A DNA stretch of 58,459 bases, the filler included, from Platydemus manokwari (taxonomy: Eukaryota): the NCBI GenBank assembly GCA_037951405.1. It is 5 parts of 5 records of this genome, joined end to end, with 100 filler letters (N's around TTAATTAATTAA, not from the genome) between each part and the next. Parts side by side here need not be neighbours in the genome. Positions count along the whole stretch, not along the records: positions 26,808 to 37,362 come from JBBMOY011124552.1; positions 37,463 to 48,407 come from JBBMOY011029968.1; 3 more parts are not named here. One strand, written 5' to 3'. Below the pieces are notes generated by a model, which made no database searches, had not been told where the DNA came from, and was given only the letters and a program-made list of their open reading frames with translations. Every line of letters starts with the position of its first letter. Positions within the stretch are counted from its first letter, which is position 1. Of the stretch, positions 26,808-40,400 are shown piece by piece. Made by a program: the position numbers and the translations under genes.

Positions 26808-27750
26808 TATAATCATATAATACTGAAACAAAACTGATATTGTAATCTATTATCATTGTTATTGTTATACTTATTCTTTTGTTGTCATGGTTACGCTTGT
26901 AACACAGTAGGGATCTTCTGGTTATAGTTTTCGGAATTGTAAATATTCATATGGATTGAAATTTCTACAGTGTTTTAGAACTGCACAAGTGTTGAGGTCA
27001 TACGAATATTGATTTCGTGCTTTATGAAGAGATTCATAAATACGGATTATCTACTAAATAATCCATAATATATGAATTCTAGAATAACCTTCAATGAAAT
27101 TTTTATTCTCGAATAATATTCTTGTGAACAATTTATTAAAAAGATGACGTGTATTGCAAGAAACAATAATCGGTAAAGTTCAAAATAAATCCCGCATGCC
27201 ACATGCCACTGAAGTCTTGACAATAATATTATATTGGGTAATTAAATATTAATATGATTATTATAAATAATTTAAATGAGAATCGAAAATCATAGACGAG
27301 TTATTTGAAAAAAATAAACTTTTAATCATAATAAATAAAATTAAATTGACATCGCTAATTAGTGATCATTTTAATACAAGTCGTTGAGGTCTACATCGAA
27401 TGTTTTTCCAGGTCACAATTGGTCATCACAAGATATCATTATCTATCCATTATAATGAAATGAAAATTGCGTGATTCATTTGTTAAAACTTATATCGACT
27501 ATGCCGTTGAAAAAAAATTATTAAACGTATAACTATTTTCACAGAGGCAGAAAAATATCTACAATATCAGATAAGGATAGAATTGACATTTTCAATTTCA
27601 TAACTCTTCCATAATTGATGTTGGTTCGGTTTTTGAAATGCATGAGAGATATTTGTCTTGCTCTTATTCGACATTTGATCACTGATTTAAATCGTCCGTT
27701 TTTTCAAACATTCTTTCGCGAAAAAACAAAACTAATCACATTAAAAAATT

Positions 27751-28001
27751 NNNNNNNNNNNNNNNNNNNNNNNNNNNNNNNNNNNNNNNNNNNNNNNNNN
27801 NNNNNNNNNNNNNNNNNNNNNNNNNNNNNNNNNNNNNNNNNNNNNNNNNNNNNNNNNNNNNNNNNNNNNNNNNNNNNNNNNNNNNNNNNNNNNNNNNNNN
27901 NNNNNNNNNNNNNNNNNNNNNNNNNNNNNNNNNNNNNNNNNNNNNNNNNNNNNNNNNNNNNNNNNNNNNNNNNNNNNNNNNNNNNNNNNNNNNNNNNNNN
28001 N
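27751..28001. other. Ordinary scaffold gap (251 N)
   Basis: Uninterrupted N run without the stop linker. Confidence 0.97.
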
Positions 28002-28139
28002 ATTATATAATAATTATTATTATTCATGATTTGTTTTAATAACTACAAATTTTCTTATAATGATGATAGCTGATTTAAAATTTCATTTTCAATGCTTTAA
28101 CAACAAAGAACAACAGCGAAAGAATCTATTTTTAAAATG

Positions 28140-28520
28140 ATTTGTCCAATTTCTTCAATTGATCGGGGGTTGGTATGAAATTATCGAGATTACAAATAGA
28201 CGTCGCTTGTGGCCTTAAGCCGACTATTGAAGACAACATATCGGTGAAAATTTTTATTTTAGAAATTGCGACAAGATGTCGAACGATAAGCTTATAAAAC
28301 AAAATTAGTTGTATTATATATCAGATCATCTTGTGTCATTCAATTATTTGATGAAAAGGATGTTCAGAGAAAATAAATAATGACATAAGCAGTTAGAATA
28401 AATATTCGTCAATGTATCGGAGCTTCATGGAAACAATGAAATTACATAGGTCAACAAAATTTCAAGAATAAAAAATCCATTATTATATGCTGAAATCTGA
28501 TATGGTTTCCGATTTTTTGT
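28140..28520 (+). pseudogene. Possible heavily degraded Merlin/IS1595-like transposase remnant
   Basis: The fragments LKPTIEDNIS, SDHLVSFNYL and RQCIGASWK occur in the order expected for L.PII..NI, SD.W..Y..L and TQ.IE..W..K. There are many stops and frameshifts, and the match was judged by eye. Confidence 0.25.
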
Positions 28521-30677
28521 ATCACTTAGGGCTTTTCAAGACCAGGCGTTTGAAATTCGGGCTGTGTATTCGACATTAAACTTTAAACTAAATAGCAACA
28601 AAGCCCTCTGTTCGTACTAGTATTTGAATATTCTGTAATGACGTTGAGTCTGTTACAAAATCTCTCAATCATGGATATTGAGAGGAATATTAAAAGAAAC
28701 TAATTCAATAATAATTTCAATTATTTAATATGAAGTGATTTTTAAATAATTCAAATATTTTTGCGTATGTAAATTGCTGTTTAATTTCCTGATTACGAGT
28801 GACAATAATTGAAGTTCTCTGCAAAATATTTTAATTTGGTAGGAATAATAAAATTTACCTCAATCTTCTAAATAAATACTCCGAAAAAATCTCAAAATCT
28901 AAATGAAGTAGCTACCACTAACAGATGTAAAAAAGTGAAGAGTGCCGTTAATTTATAGATTCTTCTAAGATCAGTTTAAAATTTGTTCTTTTACACATTG
29001 CAGATTGCATAGACTTATTGATTTAACTTATTAAAGGACTGTAAGCCGCTATCATTTTATAAAGCACACATTAGTAACGAACGAAAAGTCACCACATCAA
29101 TTTCAATTTGTTACAAATCCTCACAGAAACTATAGAGATTATTTAATTTAAAATTCATTTTTTTACATGCACATTTCTTCCGTTCAAATCTTGAAGCTAT
29201 AGGTGACGAATATGTTGAGCTGTTTCCCCAGGGCATTTTGAGTATAGGGATGCGATATCATGTGAAATGGAATCTAACTATGCTGTATGATAACTGTTTG
29301 ACTCCAAAAAGAGAATTTTATGTTGGAAAATATGGGGAAAACATAATCCTTCTACATTTTGACATAAGAATTCTCTTATATTTTACATATGCATCCCTAT
29401 GTATATAAATGGTGCCTGTATTTAAAAACCTCTAAAACTAGATCTGTAATCAGCACAAAAAATAAGCAACATAAATTCAAGGAGCAAACAACAATTATTT
29501 GTAGACCAGCGTTATTTCAAATCAATCTGATTTTAGACTTCGTTCCCAGAAATGCACACACGTGTTTCACTTTGTTAAATCATCGGACCGATTTTACGAT
29601 CAACTACAAATCCCCTGAATCCACATTTGGTATGGATTAAATTACGAAATCGTGTTGAACATCATGCCAATTAATCAAATACATTTAGTGCAAATATGGT
29701 TGTCTATATCTATCAGAATCAAGCAAGTCGATCGAGATTTTTTAATATTATTTTTGCTATAGGATCGATGTTTCTATGGTTACACGGATTTAAAATCTGG
29801 AGGTTTAAGCGATAGTACGGAGAAAAATCATTATGTTAAAGTATAGTTATTGCCATCAACTATATCGGATTAGATAAACAAAAAACAATATAATAGAATT
29901 CAAGTGCACATCATCTTTATAATATATGAAATATATTTACACCAATTTCATAATGTTATTTAATTGTAATATTATTGGTATAATAATTAATAAGTTAACA
30001 TATAATATCATAAATCGATATTTGAAGTAGATGTTAGAATGTTTGATATTTTATTCTTAAATAATCAAATTAACTGAAATATAAATTAAAAGTGACAACT
30101 TTTTCAAATATATTGATTGAGCATATTTTTGTGTTGAACTTCTTGATTTGTTTTAATGCACATTTAATGATGAAATAGCAGCTAGCACCCACTTAGATTC
30201 CGTTTAAGAAGATCAGTGTCAGCAAAGTATAAAAAACAAAGACCATCAAGAATTTTAAGAAGTTTGAGAATATAGAAAAGACGGAGGATTAGGAAAAAGT
30301 AGAAAAGTTAGAGAATATATATAAATAGACAAAGCAAATTGTTATAACATACAAAGAATAAAAATATAATTCAATGGCAATGAATGTGAAGAAAATCACT
30401 GACTTTAAAGAAAGGCAAAGTTTTAATTTTAAATATCTAATATTTTTCATGTTGAACTTCTTAATTCATTTTCAACCCGCATTTCAAGAAATAGTAGCAA
30501 TTAATAGTAGGAATGAAAATTATTTCAGATAAAAATCGACGCTAATCAAGTTCCGTAAATGTATTTTATAATCCGATGATAATTTGATCGATAAATCCAT
30601 CATTGATATTTGATTTTAATAAAACGTAAAGAGAATGTATAATTCAAATCATATACGTAGAATTGTAATTAATCTAC

Positions 30678-33600
30678 TTGATCTAAATACAATGAATTGC
30701 CCAAAGTCTCCATATCACTAGTTATTGTCAGTTCTCCTTTCAAACCGAGTTTTAATTCTTTAAGTGACCGTTTAATTTCAGTAATTAGGATGTTCATTCT
30801 TTCGCCTTCCTGTAATACGACGACAGTATATGGTGTTCGTTCTTCTGGAGCTTGTTTTGCCTTTGATTTAGAGATCCAATAAAAACACTTACAACAATTG
30901 TTAGAAAATATACCTGCAATTCGGCCATATTAAAACATTCGGGACATTTGTCGATCAATTCATCAATTAAATTACCAAGAACCTCTTCTCGACTAGCAGT
31001 TTCACCAGCACCAGCATCAATATCTCGAGGCTGCATTTCGAAAACGGTTCTGAATACTCGTTCCGATGTCGTTGTTAGAAATTCAATTTCTGCATTTGGA
31101 TGCAATCCATAGAGATATGGTGATTCCGGAGGTAAAGCTTCGTCGATATATGTATGATAGCCTTTGTAGTCGGTATTGGGAGGAACTGAGAATCCGTGTG
31201 CAAACATCAGATCTCCTTCAAGCTATATTAACAAAGATATTCTCAAGTAATTTTATAAAAACCCATATCTTACTAATTCTGGTTGCATATATTCCTGCAA
31301 ATAAGTCCTACATAACGTTCTATCCCAATCATCTGTGATATGACCTCCATACATTATTTCTCCAAACAAATATCTCAAATCTTCCCATGGCACTTTTGCG
31401 TTGGCCTCCAAATAATTGAAGAGAACATCTACGCAAATAGTTAAATCACCAACGTTGAATGGATATGTCCGATTCCAGCCCTGAGCACCAAATTTTCTTC
31501 TTTCAGTAACAACAGCATGGAAATAGCACAATGCAAACAATATTGGTTTAAACTCAGATTCTTTAGAACATCTTTCAAGTGTGTCTTGATTAAAATTGTC
31601 AAGAGCCTTGTGCAAATTGGCATGCATTCCAGTTGGAGGTTCATTAGTAATTTTAATAGCATTTTCTAATATTCCTTGAGGAATGATATGATACTCTGGG
31701 CTTCCAGCAGGTTCTGCACTTAAGAAAACACGATAGCAATCATGAGATTTATCCGAATATTGTTCCAGTTTCTTTTCCAGATTTGCTAACCATTTTGCTA
31801 CCAGATGCACATTTTGTAAAATAACCCAATGACCTTCAAGAGCGCCTTTATCGAGAGCTTCTTCCGCCACAATTTCCTGTCCTTGTCCCAATGATATGTT
31901 GTGGAAATTTCCCAAATCGGAACTGAATCCGATATTTTTACCGAGCAATTCAACGTCTTTCAAAGGATCGACTCCAGGAGATAGAATAAAAAATATTGGA
32001 ACGGCTGGACCGGATTCTTGATATGATTTTGCAAATTCGATACTTCGACCTTCGACATACTTCTGGCCGAACGTCGTTGCAATATAATGTCTCAAAGCAT
32101 ATGTCATTCTGTCCGGCCGTAGAGCTCGCATCATACACAGCTTCTCAAACGATGATTTGTTTTTCCATTCTTGGGGAAACTTTTCTTTTTCAGGAGCTTC
32201 AATTTCAACGAATGCCTTCCATCGTTTAGCCGATGCTACAATATCTTTATCCAAGTCTCGAAATTCAGACATTTTTACCAGCGCATGAATACCTCCCCAA
32301 CTCAAGTCACTGAGAAAATCAACAGGAGATTTCAAATCCGGAACAGCCGGATATCGCAATAAGAAATCGACTTGTTTGGAATTGATCTCTTTGTTGAGAA
32401 GTTGGATTTGCAATACAATCAATACGGTGAAGATCAGCTTGTCCTGCTCGAATAAACCACGTGTCGTATAATTAAAGGCAGAAAATGAAATACTGTCTAT
32501 TAGATTGATAAATCTCTCTTTTTCCGTTTCAGCATCGACAGCATTTTCAATTGCCTGTTCGAAAACGATGCGAAAAGCCTTAAGAGAAAACTGATACATG
32601 GGGTTGATTTTGTACAAATCATTCATGATAAAATATATTAAAGAAGCTCTAGCGGCATTTCCTCGATAGAACTCTCTGGCAACATTAATTTGTTTCTCTG
32701 TCACCTTAGCTTCAATAACTTTCTCCTCTATTTCCTTGGCAGTTTTCTTGTTACTTTCGAGATTTTCCACCAGACTGTGATCACCAAGAAAATTTCCATC
32801 CGATGATGCCAATTTAGCTAATAGAGAATCCTCCAGAGCCTTCAGTGTAATTTTAAATGAATTCTGTTGAGTTGTTAAATCCGATTTTAATTTTTCCAGA
32901 TCTGGTCGTTCTTTACTGACAACAACGGCCAATAATTGATCCTCTAATCCATCTCGGGTGACAGTGAAATTGATCAATGTCGTTTGGGCTTGCATTTCCG
33001 GTTTATAATGTGGATTCGCTAGTTTCGTTTGCAGAATCAGTCTGAATGAGGCATTATATGGAATTTCTTTATCTCCGACTTTGATTGCTCGACCTTTCTT
33101 TATGGTTTGGCGTCCAATAACTGGATCCAATACGGGATCTACTTCTTCAGATATATTTTCTATCAAAACCGTTGATCCATTATTGATTGCTTGCTCTATT
33201 TTCTCTAAATAACCCTTCTGATTCAATCGAACAACAATTAGTTCTTTCCCATATTTGGTTTTAATCCATTTGATGGCCTGCAGTTGAGGATCGATCATTA
33301 ATGGCCATCTTTCACAGAAAGAAAGAATCGTTGCATTTTCCACTGACATTCTGTCTGTTGGCAAATTCTCATTGCTCCACGTTGCTACGATTGCATCGTC
33401 GACTAATAATTCCAGTGGATCAATATCATCACGGATTGGGATTCGAATTTTCTGTTGTTTTAAAAATGGCCACATTTTCTCTTCCAATAATTGAACCCGA
33501 TAAAACTTTGTGAAATATCCAAAATACGAAATAAACGAAGTTGTAATTAAGACATCTCCTGGAACTGTATTTCCCAATTCCTGTAATTCGTTGACTTGAT

Positions 33601-36520
33601 TTGCCCACCGGACATTTTCCGAAGCAAACCCATTCACCAATCGATTCGCTAAATCAAGCGTTTTAGCTGTAAAATCGGCTTCTTCTTGGCATCGAAGTTT
33701 CTCATCTGTTGCTGCCTTAAATTGAGTCGTTAGAACTTCCAACGACGCTTCAAGGTGGGAAATTTTTTTCTGAATAACTTCCAACTTTTCTGCTGCAACG
33801 CGCAACTCTTCATTTGCAGCATCCAATGCATCACGTTTCGGTTTGACTTCACAGTAAACATCGTGAAATTTCAGAATATTGATCACCCAAGCACATAGAC
33901 CAGCGGCGGCAAGTGATTTCCCGCGAATAATATCGGGCTGAAATGAGGGATTTTTCACATAAACTTGAGCCGCAGCTTTACTTACTGGGTTTATATTCTC
34001 TTTATCATAATAAATCAAGGCATTTAAAAATTGGTCTACCTTTGCCATAGGACCTGCCTTGGCGGCTTTCCAGCTTCGATCACGGGGTAATTTACCATCC
34101 ATGGCTAATAAAACCATTACTGCTTGCCCAACCATTACCACATCTGGTGGTGGAGTTCCTAAGGCCTTCAACTCTGAAAGATTGTTTTTATTTAATGTAT
34201 TCAATGCTTCTTGAGCTGCTAACAATGCTGGTTCGGCTTTCGCCAGATCTCTTTCACATTCACGTTGTTTCTTTTCGACTTCCTTTTTGATCACAGCAAC
34301 CTTCGATTCTTCTCCCGCAGCAACTTCTTTTTCAGCTCTCACCTTTTCCGTTTCATTTCCAACCACAACAATGAGTTCATTGGCGGACTGAGTTTTCTCT
34401 TGGACGATAATTTCTTGATCGGCCAGTTGAACTTTCAAATCTTTAGTTTGTTCGGATGCATCCTTCAATCGCTCCAAACCATTGACCAATCTCGAAATCT
34501 TTAATTTGATTTCTTCGTCTCGATTTTTCAGAAGTTTTTTGTAAAGATCTATTTGTTCTAAAAACGATTTAGGTGTAGTATAATTATATTTTCGATCCTT
34601 TGTTAAATAATGTTGACTAATCTCATTCACAGCTGTATGGACATATGCCATATATTCACTGATAGAATCCTTCACTTCGTCCTATCGAGGAACATCAAAA
34701 TTATTATAATCTATAATTTTAGAATAAAAATTACCGAAAGTAAATCAATTTCATCTAAAAACCTCCTCGATACTGATAACAGGGCGTTATGTGGCCATTC
34801 GTGAAACCAATCGATACAAGTACAATTAACCAAAGCCGGAAATCGACGAGCACGTATTCGTATGGTATTACCAACTGGAGAAAAACAAAGTACAACCTGT
34901 AAGGAAATCTCATCACAAATCAACATCGATATCACTTTATCTTACTTTCATACTTTTACGAACTTTATCAATAAAGAATTTCCAACAGTTTTCATTGGTA
35001 TCGATTATTCCATATGCTTTGCATTCACTTCTGACACCAGAAATTATTTGGTCTATATCTTCATCAGGAAACAAATCAGGAATTTCGCCAGAAGCCAGAA
35101 AATCGTTAATATAAACCAAAAACTTTTCATCAGCAATCTGGGCGTCTGTCATGAGAAAAACCGTCGGCATATTTTTCAGACCGGTCTTCATATAAATAGA
35201 TGCCATTTCGTTTTTCAAATCATTCATACTGAAACCTTTCCGTAAAACCAATTGATAAACATCCAAACCGGAAATGAATGATGCCAATTTCGACAAACTT
35301 TGCTTCCCACTTCCACCAATTCCTATTAATAGAGCATTTCCTCTGGGCATTTCTAAAATTCGATTAATGCGCAAAATATGACCGACAGCATTCTCGAACA
35401 ATACGAGATTCATTGCTGCAAACGTTTCGTTATATGTATTGAGAGCTTCAGTGAGAATCTCCACCAATTTGTCGTATTCAGTGACTGGACCATATCCTTT
35501 ATCGCCCAAACCTTTACTGAAATGACAGAATAAATTCGGTTCTACATGCACCGATCCATCTCCCAGTTCGGGAAACACTTGCCCGATGCTAACTTTGACA
35601 AGTTTTTGATACAATTCCATATCTGTTTGTTCAACCATTTTATCGCTGTACACTCGTTGAGCTTCATGTTTCCACAAGCGTACCAGTTGAAGTTGTGTTG
35701 GTAGACATTCAGCTGTTGCAAACAAAATGCCCTTGAAAGAAAAACAACTAGAACATTCTAAAAATTTATTGACAAAACCGAATTGAATTTTGACGATTTA
35801 AAATTTTGACGATTTAAAATTTTGAATTTTAAGATTGAAAATAAGATATATATAAATATACTTCTGTATTAAATAATTAAATAAACTATTTTTGAAACAA
35901 CTAGCTATTTATTATTGTAAGTACTATAATATATTAATAAATTTACATATGCGATTCAAATTCTGTGTACTATTTTTTTAAAAACTATAATACATTAAAT
36001 GACTTAAAGAAATAATTTCAAAATATTTGCAAGGGCTCTGATCCATTAATCAAATTAAGTACAAAAATTCTAAACATTTACATCAACCATTAAAACAACA
36101 GATAAAACTCACTTGAAATAAATTGGACAAATCACGCAAATTAAAAATGTAATGGAATTTAATAGCTGTCGGCAAAAATGATGAAGCCACTTTGTTATGG
36201 ACGAACACAGACAATTCAGCTAATTGATCGACGAATCTCGAAACTTGTGACGATACTTTTTGTAATGAAAAATGCTGTCGAATGATTGTCGAATAAATTG
36301 CCTTCACGGCTTCATCGTTTGGGAAACTTAAAGCAAATACCGCAAAATGCCGTTGTAATCTAGGACTGATTGTGAAACTGCCTGATGTTGGATTCATTGC
36401 AGCGATGTATTGGGTTTTATGGACAATTTTTAACGTTAATTTCTGTCTATCATACCAATGCGAATAATCAATGTGTTGTCTGATCAGGGTATGCGGTTGG
36501 ACAGTGAAAAATTTATCGAC
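30678..36520 (-). CDS. DNAH9/11/17-like: Axonemal outer-arm dynein heavy chain, beta type (DNAH9/11/17 family), partial ~1752 aa from AAA3 through AAA4, stalk/MTBD, AAA5 and AAA6 into the C-terminal domain; exons 36520-36113, 35731-34946, 34896-34735, 34681-31274, 31222-30914, 30860-30678
   Basis: Motifs include [36 protein letters not shown], the P-loop [50 protein letters not shown] (MTBD), [48 protein letters not shown] and [13 protein letters not shown]. Introns are canonical GT-AG, of 381, 49, 53, 51 and 53 nt, and every exon length is a multiple of 3. Confidence 0.97.
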
Positions 36521-36900
36521 CTGTTGAAAAATTTCATTATTAATGATTTGTCTACCGCTACTGTTATCTATATTACACTTTTCTTAATGATTATCTCACA
36601 TATTTTGTTGTGAGAATTTTAAATTTAATAACAAATTTTCAAGATTTAATTTTATATTAAATTATATTCATTTGTTTTAATGATTGTATTTAAGTACACA
36701 ATTCTGTGTCGTGATTTTACAATTCGATTTCGATTCATGTTTTATAAAATGGTAGCGGTTTACAATCGTTAAGTTAATTATTAATATTGTAACAGTTAAA
36801 TATAATAATAATTATATTTAATTAAAAATAATATTTGTTTAAATTAAATGTTAGTAAAATAAATCACTTTTTCAAATTGTAAATCTCGTCTTCTATTTTT

Positions 36901-37362
36901 ATGCCTACACAAGATAAAAATCACGAGCCTTACATTGGTGTCAGAAGCGGTTTGCTAGAAAGCAACCATGTAGCCGTCAAATTTCCACAGTATTTTGACT
37001 GTCCCGACATCTGGTTCCAGCAAGCAGACGCCATTTTCAAAATTTCAGGGATCACAAAAGAAGAAACGAAATACTTGCACATTGTTGCCAATCTTCCCTC
37101 CGAGACCCTCTCAGAATTTCGCGAACTTCTTGGAACTGGATCACCCACTCCTTACTCTGATATTCGATCGGCCATCATCAACAGCAGGAGCCTCCCGACA
37201 TCGGTTCACATTGAACGACTCTTCTCCAAGGAAAACATCGGAGATCGACGCCCATCAGACCATCTAAAAATTCTTCTCAGACATTACAAAGCCATCGATC
37301 CAAACGGTGTCGATGTGAATTCCAATATTCTTCGAACGGCGTTTATAGGAAGCATGCCATTT
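36901..37362 (+). mobile_element. Gypsy-type LTR retrotransposon Gag N-terminal region, truncated by the spacer
   Basis: VAVKFPQYFDCPDIWFQQADAIFKISGITKEETKYLHIVANLP...PYSDIRSAII...IGDRRPSDHL matches the widespread gag-like motif VAVKLPPFW..P..WF.Q.EA.F...GIT...TK..H....L...PY..L...LI...LGDR.PS. It is more GC-rich than its flanks and has no stops over 154 codons. Confidence 0.85.
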
Positions 37363-37461
37363 NNNNNNNNNNNNNNNNNNNNNNNNNNNNNNNNNNNNNN
37401 NNNNNNTTAATTAATTAANNNNNNNNNNNNNNNNNNNNNNNNNNNNNNNNNNNNNNNNNNN
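37363..37461. other. Artificial assembly spacer N44-TTAATTAATTAA-N43
   Basis: Same linker; it truncates the gag ORF on its left. Confidence 0.97.
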
Positions 37462-40400
37462 NGATCTAGTACGCGTATGGATTTGTGATGCTGGCCGAAT
37501 AATCACTCCTGGTCGTACAAATACAATTTTAAATACTTTTACATCAATTATCGCGTTTACAGCGCCTAAAGCTTACAAACAAGTTTACATCTTCGTACTG
37601 TAGTGGAAAATTAAATACCTCTTCCGTTTTTGATTCCATCGAAGTTTTGAAATGTTTGAGGGAAACTATATTCCACCAAACGTGTCGATTTATGTCAAAT
37701 TGTATCTAGTTCTCTTGTAGAATTATCTTGATTTTCGTTTTTGCTATTGATTGTCACAAAAGTTCTGATAATAGCAAGATTTTTTGAGTTGCTTGGGTAT
37801 TTATATTGATTTACTAGCACCACCGTGCATTAAAACATCACGTTTTGATTTACTTTTAGATATCAATTTTCTTACCAATATTTTGACCGTTATTCGAAAA
37901 ATTATTTCAATTCCTTTCATTGATTACTAAATTAATTTATTAATTATTATTATAAGAGCAATTATTAATATTGTATTATTTATTTGTATTTGATGGAATT
38001 TGATGACTGTAATAGTTTATTGTCTGTGTTGTAGATGTATGATTAGACTAATCTACAAATATCTGATTTCTCGCAGTGCCGAAATGTAGGTTGTGTGTAT
38101 AATAATTATGCATATATAAATTTATTAACCTAAAATTTTATATAATTCACAGTGAGATTATTTAAACACACAATAATAAAAATTATTATAGTTATGATGT
38201 ATTTTATGTGAATACGTTGCCGTGTCCTGAAGATAATAAATTACTGAGTGGGGAGCTATTACCACTCATCCCTAGTGAAATATGTCAGCAGAGAAGTTAT
38301 TCAGGAAGACCTCAATTTTTTTTCGAGAACTCTGAAATGTTTAATTAAAAGTCTTCTTTCGGGTAATATTAATATTAATGAAAAAATTACTCATGTCTTG
38401 CGTTTAATTCTTTTCATAAATTTAGAATTAATTATAAAAAACTTGTATGATTTTTCTATTTCTCTCTGCTTTATATTGTTTTGTGTTTGCCTCTTGGTTG
38501 TTTATTTAATTTGCTATTTATTTTTTCTTATCCAGTTGCCTTAGTAAAACTTCTGAATTGCCTTGACTCTATACATTTCTATATTTATTGTTTAATATTA
38601 TTTATTAATTTTTTATTTTGCATAATAATTGGTTTGTTTTAAAAGCAGTGCATTTTTAAATATGAAGCTTATATAATCGTGTGAATGTATACCATGTCTT
38701 AGGAAAGTTTTCAATTTATTATAATTAATTCATATTTTACGAATTTATATTTTGTAAACACTTGTCTAATGATATTTGCCGGTAGCATTACGTTGCTGTA
38801 TTGATTTTCCGAATAATTTAGTTATCATCTCTTCTATTATTATGTGTATGTACATTACATATATCTTTGGTTTTTATGATGTTTACCCATATTACATATT
38901 AACTGTCAAGTGTCCTCGACTTCTCTGAATCTGTTTTTGCCAATTGTTCAGATTTGTTGAATTTGCTGATTCATGTAAACAGCTACTTATAAATTACAGA
39001 ATATCAATTCACACACAGACACAGACACACACACGTATATATATGTATTGAAATACTTTTATAAATTCATATAGAACACTGATACATAGGAACTGAATAG
39101 ATACAATAAGAGTTGGAATCGTCTCTCAACAGATAGGATTAAATTCCGCCAACACTACTTCTAAATGATCAACAATCATTTTATAAAAATGCATGCAAAA
39201 TATTATTTAATATTGGATTAAGATTAAGTCTGTTAATTTCGAATTTGCCTTCAAGCGAAAATTATCGGAATGAAACTTTGGTGTGAATATAATTAATAAA
39301 TTAATGAGCTGGAATTTATCTTAAGTTTAATTTAACAATTATGTTGGAGTCTTCTTTGTGTATTTACTATTGTCACTAGCCACGGGTTTCAACATTTAAA
39401 TTTGTACTCGCTTAAGTAAAACCATCAGTGTGCTCAAAAGTAAATTATTCAATTCCCAACACAATCCCATTCGACCTTTTACTTGGTCAAATTAATTTTT
39501 CTATGTCATTTTGATTGAGATTCTCTCGTCTGCAATTATTTTTATTGTTAATTAATTTGTTTTAACGATTTTGACAATTTTGTTAACAGAAATATTTGTA
39601 AAAGAAAATTTAAAAAGTAGAAAAAATATAATCAGCAAAGAAATCCTCAACAAAAACACATATATAAAATCAAAATCGCTATGTAAATTACGATTTGTAA
39701 ATTTTCGGAAGGTATTGATTTTTCTTAAAAATATTTAGTTATTATTAGAAGTAATTTCTGATTACACATTAAGCCTCCGCTATTGAAAATTTCTGTATCC
39801 TAGAATAATTAAGTAAAATTTTATATTCTCTTCTCGTTTTATGCTTGATGGCTAACGACATAAACATGGTTTGAGATGTTCGTTATTACTGTTAACAGGT
39901 TTAATATGTATTTTATTGGAAGAAATTCTTTTTTTATTTCTTTTTGCCGCTGTGTAAATAACACTGAAGGTTGTTACTGAAACTTTTATTGTATCCCAAA
40001 AGAGCTAGTAAGCCCTGACATAACTCAAAATAAAACACATTTCACTAAAACTGGTTTCAACTGATTATAGCTCGCTTTCGACAATCGATAAGCACTATTT
40101 GCAATACAATTTATAATCAAAGGTTTTGACGTGTTTCAAGTGTTAAACTTTTCGATTCTTCTGTTGTCGATGCATCTATAGGTACTTTAGAAATGAATTT
40201 TAGATTCAAGAATATCAAATGATGTAGGAATAAATGGCTATAAGATTAATTTAACACAAAAATATTTATTGATCATGATGTTATCTATAACTGAGCAAAA
40301 ACTAATATCGTAATTGAGATAAAATTAATTGATTGCGAAATATTATATATACTCAACCAAATACAACATTTCCCAATTAAATGTTGAGTTCTGCCGAATT

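Noticed and set aside
27615-28027. ORFs of 131 and 107 aa
   Set aside because: They consist mostly of X residues from the N gap.
29300-29660. Possible non-LTR RT remnant on minus (NPYQ/CGFR, QIDLK)
   Set aside because: It needs several frameshifts and only two short motifs are visible, which is too weak to call.
30697-35245. Several plus-strand and alternate-frame ORFs overlapping the dynein gene
   Set aside because: These are shadow ORFs of a long, more GC-rich coding region, with no independent motifs.
37462-37900. Transposase-like words (FVRPGVII, HHKS) on minus
   Set aside because: The motifs fit no single family consistently and are broken by stops.
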